Both the position numbers and the translations under genes were made by a program. 20,000 nt of DNA from Chiloscyllium plagiosum (lineage: Eukaryota). This document shows, piece after piece, positions 1-11,100 of this stretch. Each line of letters opens with the position of its first letter. Within the stretch, counting starts at the first letter, position 1. A model generated the notes under the pieces. That model was not told the origin of the DNA and made no database searches. It saw nothing but the letters and a program-made list of their open reading frames with translations. The stretch spans positions 10,451,493-10,471,492 of the forward strand of contig NC_057720.1 of NCBI RefSeq assembly GCF_004010195.1. Direction: 5' to 3'.

Positions 1-505
1 ATCTACAAGGCACAAGTCAGGAGTGTGATGAAATACTCCACACTTCCATCATGGGTGCAGTTGCAACAACACTCAAGAGGCTTGACACTTTCCAGGACAA
101 AGTGACCCGCTTGATTGGTACAATCACTCCCTCCATCACCATCAGTCAGTAGCAATGTCGCCCACATTCCAGATATGCTGCAATATTTCACCAAGGCTCC
201 TTAGACAGCACCTTCCAAACCCATGTGCATTTCCATCCCAAAGGACAAAGGGAGCAGATACATGGAAACTCCATCACTTGCATGCTCCCTGCCAAGCCAA
301 GCACCATCTTGACTTGGAAATCTCATCGATTTTTCTTCAGTGAGTTAAAATCTGGGAACTCCCTCCTTAACCTGGGTACTGCCTTCCTTATGAGTGAACC
401 AACATCAAATAGATTGCAGCAGTTCAAGAAGGCAGTTCATCATCACCTACTCAAGGGCCAACCAAAGACAAGTAATTAATACATTGTCCATGTCTCATGA
501 GTGAA
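1..505 (+). mobile_element. Decayed 3' end of a CR1/L2-group LINE (post-RT region of ORF2 plus 3' tail)
   Basis: Manual translation across frameshifts gives IYKAQVRSVMKYS / MGAVATTLKRLDTFQDKVTRLIG / HSLHH / WNSL / LQQFKKAVHHHLLKGQ, the typical C-terminal ORF2 pattern of CR1/L2-group LINEs. Runs off the window start. Confidence 0.75.
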
Positions 506-734
506 TTTCTAAAAATCACTGGATGAAGAGAGGGTAAAATGCACAAGAAGCCATATTCAGAAGGATAGAAAGGTGTAAGGGAAGGATATTTAACAAGGGT
601 TAGTTGGAAGACTGGACGAGCTGACAGAAGCAGTGTGAGACTGAACCAGACTATTGCAACGTCAGCATTCTACTTGACTTATAACTACTGAAACAAATAT
701 AAAAGTGCATAAACATGCTGTACCTACTTTTCAG

Positions 735-785
735 CTTCCAAGAGTATTAAACCACTACTCAGAAGGAATAGATCTGCATTTCTGG
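735..785 (+). other. Candidate 51-nt host-gene exon (unidentified)
   Basis: Acceptor tacctacttttcAG| and donor TGG|GTAAGA in non-repetitive DNA. Length is divisible by 3 and two frames are open (LPRVLNHYSEGIDLHFW or SKSIKPLLRRNRSAFL). Product not recognised. Confidence 0.35.
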
Positions 786-1280
786 GTAAGAATTATGAAT
801 GTTGCATCAGCTATATTAGAGGAGGTAAAGAAAGTGACATACATTCCCTACACATGTTTAAGGACACTTGTGGAAAGCTTTCTCATGCATCCTAATACTG
901 TCACTGAAACAGTACTAAAAACTGGAATTTAAAACTGGAAAAAGTGTTCTTACTTTGACTTTATATTACTTAAAATTTGCATGGCAATGTGCAACGTAAT
1001 GTGTCCCATGCAAATTGCAATCACTCCAGTCTACTGTTTTTAAAACTACTTTAGCCAATCAAAGCTAATCTCAGAGATTACATCAGGGTTACCAATTCTG
1101 GTTAGATATGTTTGAGCTCTTTCCTTCAACTGCACCCTAACCTCTCACCCTACATTCCTATGTTGGCTCCTTAATCTGTTCACCCTGATGAATCACTACC
1201 TTCCTACCCCATTTGGAAAACATCTAAACTCTTTACATGACAAGATGAATTTGAGCCTTCCCATCTCAAATTTTGTTTTA

Positions 1281-1476
1281 GAATCACAGAATCCCTACAG
1301 TGTGGAAGCAGGCCATTTGGCCCATCCTGACCCTCTGAACAGCATCTCATTCAGACCCACAGCCCTGTACCTTACATTTCCTATTGCTAAACCACCTAGC
1401 CTGCACATCTCTGGACACTACGGGTAATTTAGCATGTCCAATCCATCTAACCTGCCCATCTTTGGACTGCAGGAAC
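1281..1476 (-). mobile_element. HE1/V-SINE-type SINE, 3' half, diverged
   Basis: ccctacagtgtggaagcaggccatttggccc...cactacgggtaatttagcatg...aacctgcccatctttggactg aligns to the HE1 copy at 15552-15868. Confidence 0.8.
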
Positions 1477-2999
1477 AAAATGTTCAATTGTTCAGTACTA
1501 GGTTTATCACAAAGGATAGCGTTCAAAATCTGCTCCAAATGATTTACCCATTGTTCACTGAAGATAGACCAGCTACATTCAGTCAGTTGGTGGAGGTTTT
1601 GTCAAATCTGATCTGTGGGTATCCTGAAAATGGAGGCTCTAGTGTTGTCTCTTTCAACTGGGATAAAGATAATAATTACATGGCCTTTCTTGGAATCAAC
1701 AACACAAAAAAAAATCAAAATATACCTATGATTACACAACCACTAAGTCTTATCGGTAAAACATTACCTTTTCTCTGGCAATTTTAGATAGGGATATGAA
1801 GTTGAATATTGGGTTCTGAAGGACTAAAATATGCCCCTTTTGAATATCAAGTTCATGTTTTGTTCTGCTGGAGTATCGACTGTCAGGTTCATTCAGGCAT
1901 CTCAATACATTCAACTGCCTCAGGATTGAAGGTGCGTGTTCAGGAATGGCAACTCAGTTTTCTGCACCCCATCCAACTGAAAGAACCAAATAAAATGGCT
2001 ACCTGTGTGACCACCAAACCTCAGGATCTGAACGTAAAACCCTTAATCAAAAAACTCCCACGCACGACATGATTTTGAGCTGTTCTTGGGCCAGAAATGG
2101 GAGTCAGAGGCAAAAGTTTAAAAAATAACCACACAGACTGATGTGCAAGTTTCCTGCCTCCATCCAGGACCAGCCACACGCAACCTGCAGCTCCCCAAGA
2201 TGGCTCACTAAGAGCTTATTGAGGCTAATTGAAGAGGGCTGTGCAGCAATTCTGAGCCTGGGAGTGTCCTTTGGCTAATTCTTAACCTAATAGATGTCTC
2301 CACATGTGGAGAAAAGAGTTTTGATAGTGTCAGAGTGAAGGTCAAGCAACCATACATATAGGATCTTATGTGAGTATGGTCTTAAATTCTACAGGAATTT
2401 CACATTACAAAACCACTACTGGGAAAGATTTTGTTTGCCAATGATTCTCCTGCAAACCAACTGCTGATAAAAAATGTATGAACATGTGATTTTTACTGAA
2501 GTTGGATGACTAATTTTGGTAGATTCAGCTTTCGCCACAATTATCTAAATAGTATTACATCTGTGCAATCGTGAATTTCTTAGGAAATTCAAAGGAAAGT
2601 CTGTTTAACACAGAATGACAATTATAGTTAAAATTAAATATGAAATTTAACACCTTGTAAAGTTGCAGTCATCACAGCAGGTTATCCTAATAGTGTGGTT
2701 GCAAACTTTGGAGAAATAAGAATGTAATTTGATAATATTTTAAGCTGCATATTGTTCCACTGACTCGATATTAAAAAAAAGTCTACCGAAAGCAGAGACT
2801 CGAGTTGTCCACAATTTCTAACTTCACTTACCAGTCATGAAAACAATAAAATTGTATTCCTTTAAGAAATGGCTGAACTACATGTGTAGATGTGCTGCTA
2901 ACTGACAAATCCTTGTCAGATGAATATTTCATTGTCTGTTTTCTGTGCTCGAAGTAAAAAGCCATTTTGCCTGTTGTTACATGAGACATATTCCTCATA

Positions 3000-3130
3000 A
3001 TTTCCTGATGAAGGGCTCTTGTCTGAAACGTCGATTCTCCTTCTCCTCGGATGCTGCCTGACCTGCTGTGCTTTTCCAGCACCACACTCTCAACTCTAAT
3101 CTCTAGCATCTGCAGTCCTCACTTTCGCCT
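3000..3130 (+). mobile_element. Penelope-like element terminal repeat (family A), solo copy
   Basis: cctgatgaagggc...gaaacgtcgattctcc...gatgctgcctgacctgctgtgcttttccagcaccacactc...catctgcagtcctcactttc. The same sequence forms the ends of the RT-bearing PLE at 11990-13227. Confidence 0.85.
3005..3032 (+). ncRNA. Minimal type I hammerhead ribozyme motif
   Basis: CUGAUGA-A-GGGC-ucuu-GUCU-GAAA-C-GUC. Conserved core, 4-bp stem II (two G-U pairs), GUC cleavage triplet, stem III reduced to the palindrome ACGU. Stem I pairing is weak in this copy. Confidence 0.65.
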
Positions 3131-3384
3131 ATATTCCTTGTGCCTTTCTGTTTTGTTAGAATTTTGTAAAGATGCCCTTGCTCTGAAGCTGGCAAATAGT
3201 GATGCACACTCCAGAATCTCCGATTTCTAATTTGGCATATACGAAACTTTACACCCATTCTTTATTATACATGTCAATTTTGCTACTGTCTCAATTTTTC
3301 ATAAAAGCACATTTACAAGTTTTAGGATTGTTGTCCCAAGGCAGGTGTAGTTCAGATGAATGATCAGCCTCTGTTTTTGCACAA

Positions 3385-5078
3385 TCATAGAGTCATAGAG
3401 TCATAGAGATGTACAGCACGGAAACAACCCCTTCGGTCCAACTCGTCTGTGCCGACCACATATCCCAACCCAATCTATTCCCACCTGCCAGCACCCGGCC
3501 CATATCCCTCCAAACCCTTCCTACTTATATACCCATCCAGATGCCTTTTAAATGTTGCAATTGTATTCACCTCCACCACTTCCTCTGGCAGCTCATTCCA
3601 TACACGTACCACCCTCTGAGTGAAACATGTACCACCCCCTTAGGTCTCACCTTAAACCTATGCCCTCTAGTTCTGGACTCCTCCACACCAGGGGAAAGAC
3701 TTTGTCTATTTATCCTATCCTTATCCCTCATGATTTTATAAACTACTATAAGGTCACCCCTCAGCCTCCAACGCTCCAGGGAAAACAGCCCTAGCCTATT
3801 CAACCTCTCCCTATAGCTTAAATCTCCCAACCCTGGCAACATCCATGTAAATCTTTTCTGAACCCTTTCAAGTTTCACAATATCTTTCCAATATGAAGGA
3901 GACCAGAACTGCACACAATGTTCCAACAGTGGCCAAACCAATGTCCTGTACAGATGCAACATGACTTCCCAACTCCTGTACTCAATACTCTTGACCAATA
4001 AAGAAATTTATACCAAATGCCTTCATCACTATCCTATCTACCTGCGACTCCACTTTCAAGGAGCTATGAACCTGCAATCCAAGGTCTCTTTGTTCAGCAA
4101 CACTCCCGAGGACATTATTATTAAGCGTATAAGCGCTGCTAAGATTTGCTTTCCCAAAATACAACACTTCACATTTATCTAAATTAAACTCCACCTGCCA
4201 CTTCTCAGTCCATTGGCCCATCTGATCAGGATCCCGTTGTAATCTGAGGTCATCTTCTTCGCTGTCCACTACACCTCCAATTTTGTGTCATCAGCAAACT
4301 TACTAACTGTACTTCTTATGCTCACATCCAAATCATTTATATAAATGACAAAAAGTAGAGGACCCAGCACCTATCCTTGTGTCACTCCACTAGTCACAGG
4401 CCTCCAGTCTGAAAAACATCCCTCCACCACCACTCTCTGCCTTCAACCTTTCAGCATGTTCCATATCCAAATGGCAAGTTCTCCCTACATTCCATGAGAT
4501 CTAACCTTGCTCACCAGTCTCCTATGGGGAACCTTGTCAAATGCCTTACTGAAGTCCATATAGATCATATTGAATGCTCTGCCCTCATCAATCCTCTTTG
4601 TTACTTCTTCAAAAAACTCAGTCAAGTTTGTGTGACATGATTTCCCACGCACAAAGCCATGTTGACTATCCCTAATCATTCCTTGCCTTTCCAAATACAT
4701 CTATATCCTGTCCCTCAGGAATGCCTCCAACAATTTGCTGACCACTGATGTCAGGCTCACTGGTCTACAGTTCCCTGGCTTGTCCTTACCACTTTTCTTA
4801 AACAGTGCACCACGTTAGCCAATGTCCAGTCTTCCGGCACCTCACCGGTGTCTATCGATGATACAAATATCTCAGTCAGAGGCCCAGCAATCACTTCCAT
4901 AGCTTCCAACAAAGTTCTAGTGTACACCTGATCAGGTCCTGTGGATTTATCCACTTTTATGCGTTTCAAGACAGCCAGCACTTCCGCCTCTCTAATAAGG
5001 ACATTTTTCAAGATGTCACAATCTATTTCCCTATATTCTACCTCTTCCATGTCCTTTTCCACAGTAAATACTGACGCA
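3385..5078 (-). mobile_element. 5'-truncated CR1-clade (HER1-type) LINE with frameshifted RT
   Basis: ORF pieces DKSTGPDQ, SQHGFVRGKSC, YMDFSKAFDKVPH, KWQVEFNLDKCEVL, LYRTLVWPLLEHCVQFWSP, RTRGHRFKV. The FADD codons are visible as gtcatcagcaaac near 4287. 3' tail is the 8-bp repeat (tcatagag)3 at 3385-3408. Confidence 0.95.
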
Positions 5079-5606
5079 TGGCTTCCCATAATCCCTCAAA
5101 ACATCATTCAGCTTTGTGTAATATTTGGGCAATTGCATTTCCATTTGAAAAGGTTGGGTTTGTCATAAACTACTTCATGATAAATATGAATATTACTGAA
5201 AAGACAAACACCTGTTGAAGCTTTTCATCTTGTTATCACACAGAGACAGACAGACGAACAAAAGCAACCTTTCTATCTCTGTATTCATAACACGGTGAAA
5301 TTAAACCATCAAAGGGCCCCAAATAGTCACTCCAATAGTTGCTGACCAGACTTTGAATATCCTGTCCCAGACTTAGTCAAGAATTCATTTCTAGACACTG
5401 GTTTTGTATCTCCAATGAAAGGGGGATGATGGCCTAGTGGTAGTATTGTTTGAGCGTTAAGCCAGTACCTGCCAGAATCCGCTGATGAAGTCCATCTGAG
5501 AAATATATGCTGCTTGTCCTGTCTTCTCAATACAGTCTTCCAAATGTGGAATTGGACATGAATCAGATTTTGTAACTGCATAGACCTTGTGGTAGTTGTT
5601 GGGAAT

Positions 5607-6697
5607 CATCTGGTTTTGGCACCACTACTATGGGTGAGCTCCAGTCACTGCATCTCACTTTGATTATATTGTCATCAAGCATGCACTCAACCTCTTTTTG
5701 AGTGCCAAATCTGTGCCAAATTTAGAGGGTTAAGTCTATAAGAATGTTGCTTAATTGGAATAACATTTTCTATCTCTACATCATGCATAATTAGATTCAT
5801 ATTTCCCAGCATTTTCCCACATACCCCTCTGTGTGACTCTTTCAAGTCATTTCAGTTTCCCTCTGTATGGTAACTCAATAATTTATCCCAATTTTGAAAA
5901 CCTTCTTGTTTTCCAATTTAATTTGAGGAATGTTCAATTTGGAATCATCTAAACTTGGTTCTTCACTTTGTGTTGTAAACAATAACACATTCTCGTTTTG
6001 CTTTCCTTCCTTATCAAAATAACTTTTGAGCATATTCACATGACACACTCTGTAGGATTTCTTTCTTTCTGGTATTCTTATTAAATAGGTCACCTCACTT
6101 AATCTCCTTTCGATTTGATAAGGCCCATTAGACATTGCTTTTAAAGGTTCACTTACCACTGAGAAATAACACTAACATTTTATCTTCACTAGATTAATCC
6201 CAAATGTTTGATTCCTTGTCAGCTTCCTTGCTACTCTTAAATGTGGTTCAGCCAACTCATCCGCTATGTTTAGTTTTTCCCTAAAAGTTGACGTCATCCA
6301 AATATATTATCTCTGACCTCTGACTCTCCAATTTTTTCTTAATTAATTTCAGTGATCCTCTCACTTCATGCCCAAAAACTAATTCAAGATTCATTTGGTG
6401 CATCCCTAATAGCAAAAAAATGTACAAATGGAATTCCTTTATCTCAATCCTCTGGATAGTCTTGACTATAAGCCCTCAACCTGGTCTTTAAAGTTTGATG
6501 CCACCATTCTAATGTTAGCTGTGATTCTGGATGGTATGCAGTGGACTTGAATTGTTTTATTCCTAACTATCCATAACTTGCTTGAATAATTTTGATGTAA
6601 AATTTGACCCTTGATCTGATTGTATCTCTGTGGATAGTCCATACCTCGTGAAAAATAATGAGCAACCCCTCTAGAATCCTTTGTGCTGTCAATGCAT
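5607..6697 (-). mobile_element. Decayed Ty3/Gypsy LTR-retrotransposon pol fragment: integrase core, GPY/F region and start of RT (Gmr1-like order)
   Basis: Minus-strand translation: RYGLSTEIQSDQGSNFTSKLFKQVM..GIKQFKSTAYHPESQ...HQTLKTRLRAY...FAIRDAP..ELVFGHEVRG (rve core), then GPYQIERRLSEVTYLI...VCHVNMLKSY, then PIKQHSYRLNP..KEVECMLDDNII....SDWSSPIVVVPKPD (RT N-terminus). Contains stops and frameshifts. Confidence 0.9.
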
Positions 6698-6793
6698 AAA
6701 CTCCACCCGGATGTTTGCCCAAAGCTGGAATTGAACCCAGGTCCCCTGGTGCTGTGAGGTAGCAGTGCTCACCACCAACCCACCATCCTACCA
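6698..6793 (-). mobile_element. HE1-type SINE 5' (tRNA-derived) fragment
   Basis: aaactccac...ggaattgaacccaggtccctggtgctgtgaggtagcagtgct is the reverse complement of the HE1 head and includes the B box GGTTCAATTCC. Confidence 0.8.
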
Positions 6794-7951
6794 TTCGGAG
6801 AAGACAAGAGAAGATTTGTGAAAATAGCTTACACTCCATGTGATCCAAGAAGGTTCTGCTTTACTCCAATCATGACTGTGAGGCATCAACAGATTATGTG
6901 AAACTTAATGCAGTATCCAACATTCACCCTTTCAGAACCATTCACTTATACACCGATTGTGTCCCAACAACAGCACATTAGAAGACACCATGACAGTCTT
7001 CTATTCTGCACCATGGATAAGTGATGTCAGAGACAGGGCTGTGAATCTGAAGGTCTCAGTCAAAAATGCGCACACAAGCAATGGAACCCTTGGAATTGGG
7101 CAGATGTTGCTCCTCAGAGACTATCTCTTAGCAGTAACTAACTCATCGGGTGGAATGTAATGCATTCCCTTGTGACATCTTTGGTGGTGGGAGTGGGGGC
7201 ATTTAATCCAGTGGGAGAGTGACTGAGACCCACTGCCCACTTGCCTCCATCTTGAAGTCAATGGCAGGAATGTTGGTGGATGGATGACACACCTGTGGAG
7301 CCCCACCATCATTAAAACCCCTTATCTTGGTGATGAGGGCTTGTTTCGGTGTCTCACGCTGCTGTCATTGGTATTAATCCCAGGATGGAACTCACCACTC
7401 AAGCAGTGCGACAAGCAAACACTGTTGGCTTACCTGTCTTTATTTAACATTGATCACGTAGTACAGAAGGCCATGTCATAGGTAACTTGGATAACAAGGG
7501 GATTGCTGTGTAAAGGCACTCAGTACACGATAAGGAGACCTGGCCTCAGGAAGAGGGTGGGAGATATTGTCTTGCTCTTGCTGAAAAACTGCTTCACCAC
7601 CACTGCAGAGGCCTCATTGGATGCAGAGCAGCCTCAATGGGCTGAATGGCCACTTTTGCATTTATACCTTACAGTTTTACAGTCTAAATTAAATGCAACT
7701 GTAAAGCAATTTGACATAGAAAATGTGTAACCATTTCCCTATATCTTCTATTGTGATGTTTCACCTTCTACTTTTCCTTTTGAATTATTCCTCTGATTAT
7801 CATTATTGATTATCATCTATCTGCCCTCCAGTTTAATCAGGAAGTACCTCTTTCCCTGAATCTTGTTTCTCTGAGCTTTTTGTCTTGACATGCTCTGTCA
7901 CATTGCAGTGTCCCAGTCCTACTAGTAGGTGTCACTACCACCTCACTATCT

Positions 7952-8167
7952 AAAAACCCAAAGATCTGCGACTGCTGTAAATCAGAAACAAAACCAGAAA
8001 TTTCTGGAAAAGCTCAGCGGGTCTGGCAGTATCTGTGCAGAGAAATCAGAATTAACGTTTCACCCTTCCTCACAACCCTTCCGCAGAACAGAGGACCTGA
8101 AATATTAACTCTGATTTCTCTTCACAGATGCTGCCAGACCCGCTGAGCTTTTCCAGTAATTTCTGTT
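7952..8167. mobile_element. Inverted-repeat PLE-derived element (family B)
   Basis: Left arm cagaaatttctggaaaagctcagcgggtctggcagtatctgtgcagagaaatcagaattaacgtttc pairs with right arm gaaatattaactctgatttctcttcacagatgctgccagacccgctgagcttttccagtaatttctg. Same family as 17164-17433. The hammerhead core is partly deleted. Confidence 0.8.
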
Positions 8168-8254
8168 ATTGTCACCCCGCGATTTACTGCTTCATGAACT
8201 GATTCAATCTTGTGGACACTGCGCTGTTCCCATGGTCTTTTCTGCCTCAAGGAG

Positions 8255-8552
8255 AGTCGCTGGACTGTGAATCCAGAGCCCCAAGTAATGTTCTGTTTCC
8301 AGAGAGTGTAATTTGAATTCAATAAAAACCTGGAATTAAGAATCTAATGATGACCATGAATCCATTGTTGATAACCAGAAAAACCCATCTGTTTCACTAA
8401 TGGCCTCCAGGGAAGGAAACTACCATCCTTACCTAGTCTGACCTACATGTGACTCCAGACCCACAGCAATGTGGTTGACTTTTAACTGTCCTCTGAGCAA
8501 CTAAGATCAGCGACAAATGTTGGCCCAGCCAGCAATGGCTTCACCCTGAGGA
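8255..8552 (+). mobile_element. Non-HE1 SINE-like repeat, diverged
   Basis: Contains aaaacccatctgtttcactaatggcctccagggaaggaaactaccatccttacctagtctgacctacatgtgactccagacccacagcaatgtggttgact, recognised from memory as a common shark SINE body. Family name not assigned. Confidence 0.6.
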
Positions 8553-8767
8553 ATCATAGACTCCCTACAGTATAGAAAGAAGAGCAGTCCACCCTATTCC
8601 TGTAATTCCCACGGCCAACCTACCTAACATGCACGCCTTTGGACTGCAGGAGGAAAACAGGGCACCCAACTGCAACCCACGCAGATACAGGGAGAACGTG
8701 AAACTCCCCACAGTCAGCCTGGGCTGGTGCCAAACCCAGGTCCCTGATGCTGTGAGCCAATGCACTA
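8553..8767 (-). mobile_element. HE1-type SINE, diverged and internally deleted
   Basis: ctttggactgcaggaggaaaacagggcaccc...aacccacgcagatacagggagaacgtgaaactcccca is the V-domain on the minus strand. Confidence 0.8.
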
Positions 8768-8892
8768 TCCTGTGAAAGAATTAATAAAAGAATTACTGCC
8801 ACAGTTCCCGCATCTTGTGTGACCAGGGGATGTGGTACCCACTAAACTGGATGCCAGGAAGTGGAAGCCACCATCACCGCCCTCACCTGGCC

Positions 8893-9179
8893 TGCCAGGG
8901 ACCTGGGTTCAATTCCACCCTCAGGCGACTGTCAGAGCGGAATTTGTATGTTCTCCCTGTATCTGCAAGGGTTTTCTCCCACAAACCACAGATGTGCAGG
9001 TTAGGTGAATTGGCCACACTAAACTGCGCATAGTGTTGAGCGATGTGCATCAGTCAGCGGTAAATGTAGAGTGATAGGGTAGGAGAATGGGTCTGGGTGG
9101 GTTAGTTTTTGGAGGGCTGGGGTGGACCTGTTGGGCCAAATGGCTTGTTGTCACACTGTAGGGATTCCCTGAATCTATG
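8893..9179 (+). mobile_element. HE1-type SINE, diverged
   Basis: B box gggttcaattcc, V-domain remnants (gttctccctgtatctgcaagggttttctcccaca) and tail gttgggccaaatggcttgttgtcacactgtagggatt. Confidence 0.85.
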
Positions 9180-9261
9180 GAAGGAATATTGATGGACTCT
9201 TAAAAGAAATGTCACTTGGCAATCACAAAGTCACCACAGTGGCTGTCCTAAAAAACTTTAA

Positions 9262-9465
9262 TGTTGAGAGTGTGTTGCTGGAAAAGCACAGCAGGTCAGG
9301 CCGCATCCAAGGAGCAGGAAAATGGATGTTTCTGGCCAGAGCCCTTCATCAGTTTCTGGCCTGACACATTGATTCTCCTGCTCCTCGGATGCTGCATGAC
9401 CTGCTGTGCTTTTCCAGCAACATGCTCTCAACTCTGATCTCCAGCATCTGCAGTCCTCACTATCT
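9262..9465. mobile_element. Inverted-repeat PLE-derived element (family A) with ~15-bp TSD
   Basis: Arms 9263-9352 (-) and 9353-9467 (+) are inverted copies of the 3000-3130 repeat. Flanks are cctaaaaaactttaa (9247-9261) and cctaaaaatctttaa (9466-9480). Confidence 0.85.
9325..9352 (-). ncRNA. Minimal hammerhead ribozyme motif (degenerate)
   Basis: Reverse complement reads CUGAUGA-A-GGGC-ucug-GCCA-GAAA-C-AUC. Confidence 0.5.
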
Positions 9466-9644
9466 CCTAAAAATCTTTAACCCAACCTTGATTTATAACA
9501 GAAAGTGGATTGTTAAATGGGTAAAAATGCAAGATGGTTAGAAGAAAAGCTTGATATATTTCTCTGACCCACCTTAAGCAATCAAAACTAGACCAGACGA
9601 CCGAAGTGACCTAGCTAATGAAAGACCTTACTGTATTTAATAAT

Positions 9645-9960
9645 ATACCACAGGATAGATGTGCTAGCTGTGAAATTGCTGGGAATAAAGGGACTGTGGT
9701 TAACTGGCATCAAAATTGGACAAGAAACAGAACGCAGACAAAAAGAGAGAATAATAACCCTGGGTGTTCTCAGTTATGATTGTTATGTTTCACGAGAAAT
9801 ATTAATGACTGGAATGTGGACAGAGAGGAGGCAAATTTCAAAGTTTGCAAATGTTTTGAAATGTCTTTGAAGTGAGGAGGCTAGTGGCAGAGTTCGGGAC
9901 AATACAGGTGACTGGAGCAAATGGAGCAGACAGGTGGGATGGTTGCAGTGCAGAAGTAGG
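9645..9960 (+). mobile_element. Very old CR1-like RT remnant
   Basis: Faint motifs: GIKG..., NW...R.Q, attaatgactgg (IND), atttcaaagtttgcaaat (ISKFAN, a decayed ISKFADD). Confidence 0.45.
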
Positions 9961-10334
9961 CATTTCAGCCCATCATGTCCATGCCAGCTATCTGCAAAAG
10001 CAAATCTGCCTTTAAAGGTGCTGGGAGCTGAATACATTCACAGGGAAATTGCTCAGCTCTTCGAGGGAGATAAGCGTAAAACTCTACAAGGATGGAGTTC
10101 AGAAAAGATTGGATTACTCTCCAGAGAAATGATCTTGAGGCACCAAGCCAACTCCATGTGCCATCTTGACTTGATTTCTGGCCTAACATAACTTGGTGTT
10201 GTGACCCTTGTTTACCCATTAATCAACTTGCAACCTGTCTACTCATCACTTTGTCAGAATCACACCGGGGAATATGTTTTTAACAGTTATGGGAACTAAT
10301 AGGCTTTAAACTGGATGTGAATCTTGTGGCATCA

Positions 10335-11050
10335 CCCAGACAGTCTCAGTACAGGTACTGAGGGGGTACTGCACTGTCAGTGATGTAATTGTTTAGAAGG
10401 TGCATCAATGCAGGGCTCTATCTACGGAAGTAGGATGCAACAGATCGACATAGAGTAAAGGAATTTTCTCTGATGTTAGAACATAGAACATAGAACAATA
10501 CAGCACAGAACAGGCCCTTCGGCCCACGATGTTGTGCCGAACTTCTAACCTAGATTAAGTACCCATCCATGTACCTATCCAAATGCCGCTTAAAGGTCGC
10601 CAATGATTCCGACTCTACCACTCCCACGGGCAGCGCATTCCATGCCCCCACCACTCTCTGGGTAAAGAACCCACCCCTGACATCTCCCCTATACCTTCCA
10701 CCCTTCACCTTAAATTTATGTCCCCTTGTAACACTCTGTTGTACCCGGGGAAAAAGTTTCTGACTGTCTACTCTATCTATTAGAAGGTGCATCAATGCAG
10801 GGCTCTATCTACTGAAGTAGGATGCAACAGATCGACATAGAGTAAAGTTCTGACCATTATTTAGCCATTAAAGCTTTATCATAATAAATAGATTACCTCA
10901 TCATTATCAAGTTTAAGCAATATTGGGCCACATTTCAGCCATTACAATTGTGACTGCATTGTTTTAAATAAATGTACACTTTATTGGTTGTGAATTACTT
11001 TGGCATGGTCTTGGATTGTGAAACGTTAAACATAAATTCATGTTTTCTTT
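10335..11050 (+). mobile_element. Old DeuSINE/SacSINE1-like element interrupted by a CR1 insertion
   Basis: cagtacaggtactgagggggtactgcactgtcag, agattacctcatcattatca, cattacaattgtgactgca and attggttgtgaattactttgg resemble the shark DeuSINE body and tail as I recall them. Highly diverged. Confidence 0.5.
10477..10781 (-). mobile_element. Young 5'-truncated CR1 LINE 3' end (second subfamily)
   Basis: Uninterrupted ORF2 C-terminus IDRVDSQKLFPRVQQSVTRGHKFKVKGGRYRGDVRGGFFTQRVVGAWNALP...FKRHLDRYM, with tail (tagaaca)3 at 10477-10497. Confidence 0.92.
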
Positions 11051-11100
11051 CTTCCAAGAGCTACACACTTGAATGTCCATGTTATGTTCATTTTCTACAG

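Noticed and set aside
1768..1976. Minus-strand exon-like segment (ttctttcAG ... AAG|GTAATG)
   Set aside because: Stop codons occur in all three frames, the peptide is not recognised, and it lies opposite the other exon candidates.
1434..2072. ORFs of 117 aa and 87 aa
   Set aside because: The first starts inside an antisense SINE, and neither resembles a known protein.
5483..5506. ctgatgaagtccatctgagaaa as a further hammerhead
   Set aside because: No credible stem II and no PLE repeat context.
5191..5606. Possible old PLE fragment (5191-5260) and tRNA-SINE head (tggcctagtgg near 5429)
   Set aside because: Too degraded, with no B box or other internal confirmation.
6957..7730. Three same-frame + strand ORFs (6957, 7284, 7503), the last two separated by a single TAG
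   Set aside because: No recognisable domain, extra stops between the first two ORFs, and no convincing splice sites. Compatible with chance.
451..8552. Shared 3' tail between the LINE at 1-505 and the SINE at 8255-8552 (possible SINE/LINE partner pair)
   Set aside because: Direct similarity between these two decayed copies is too weak to support without consensus sequences.
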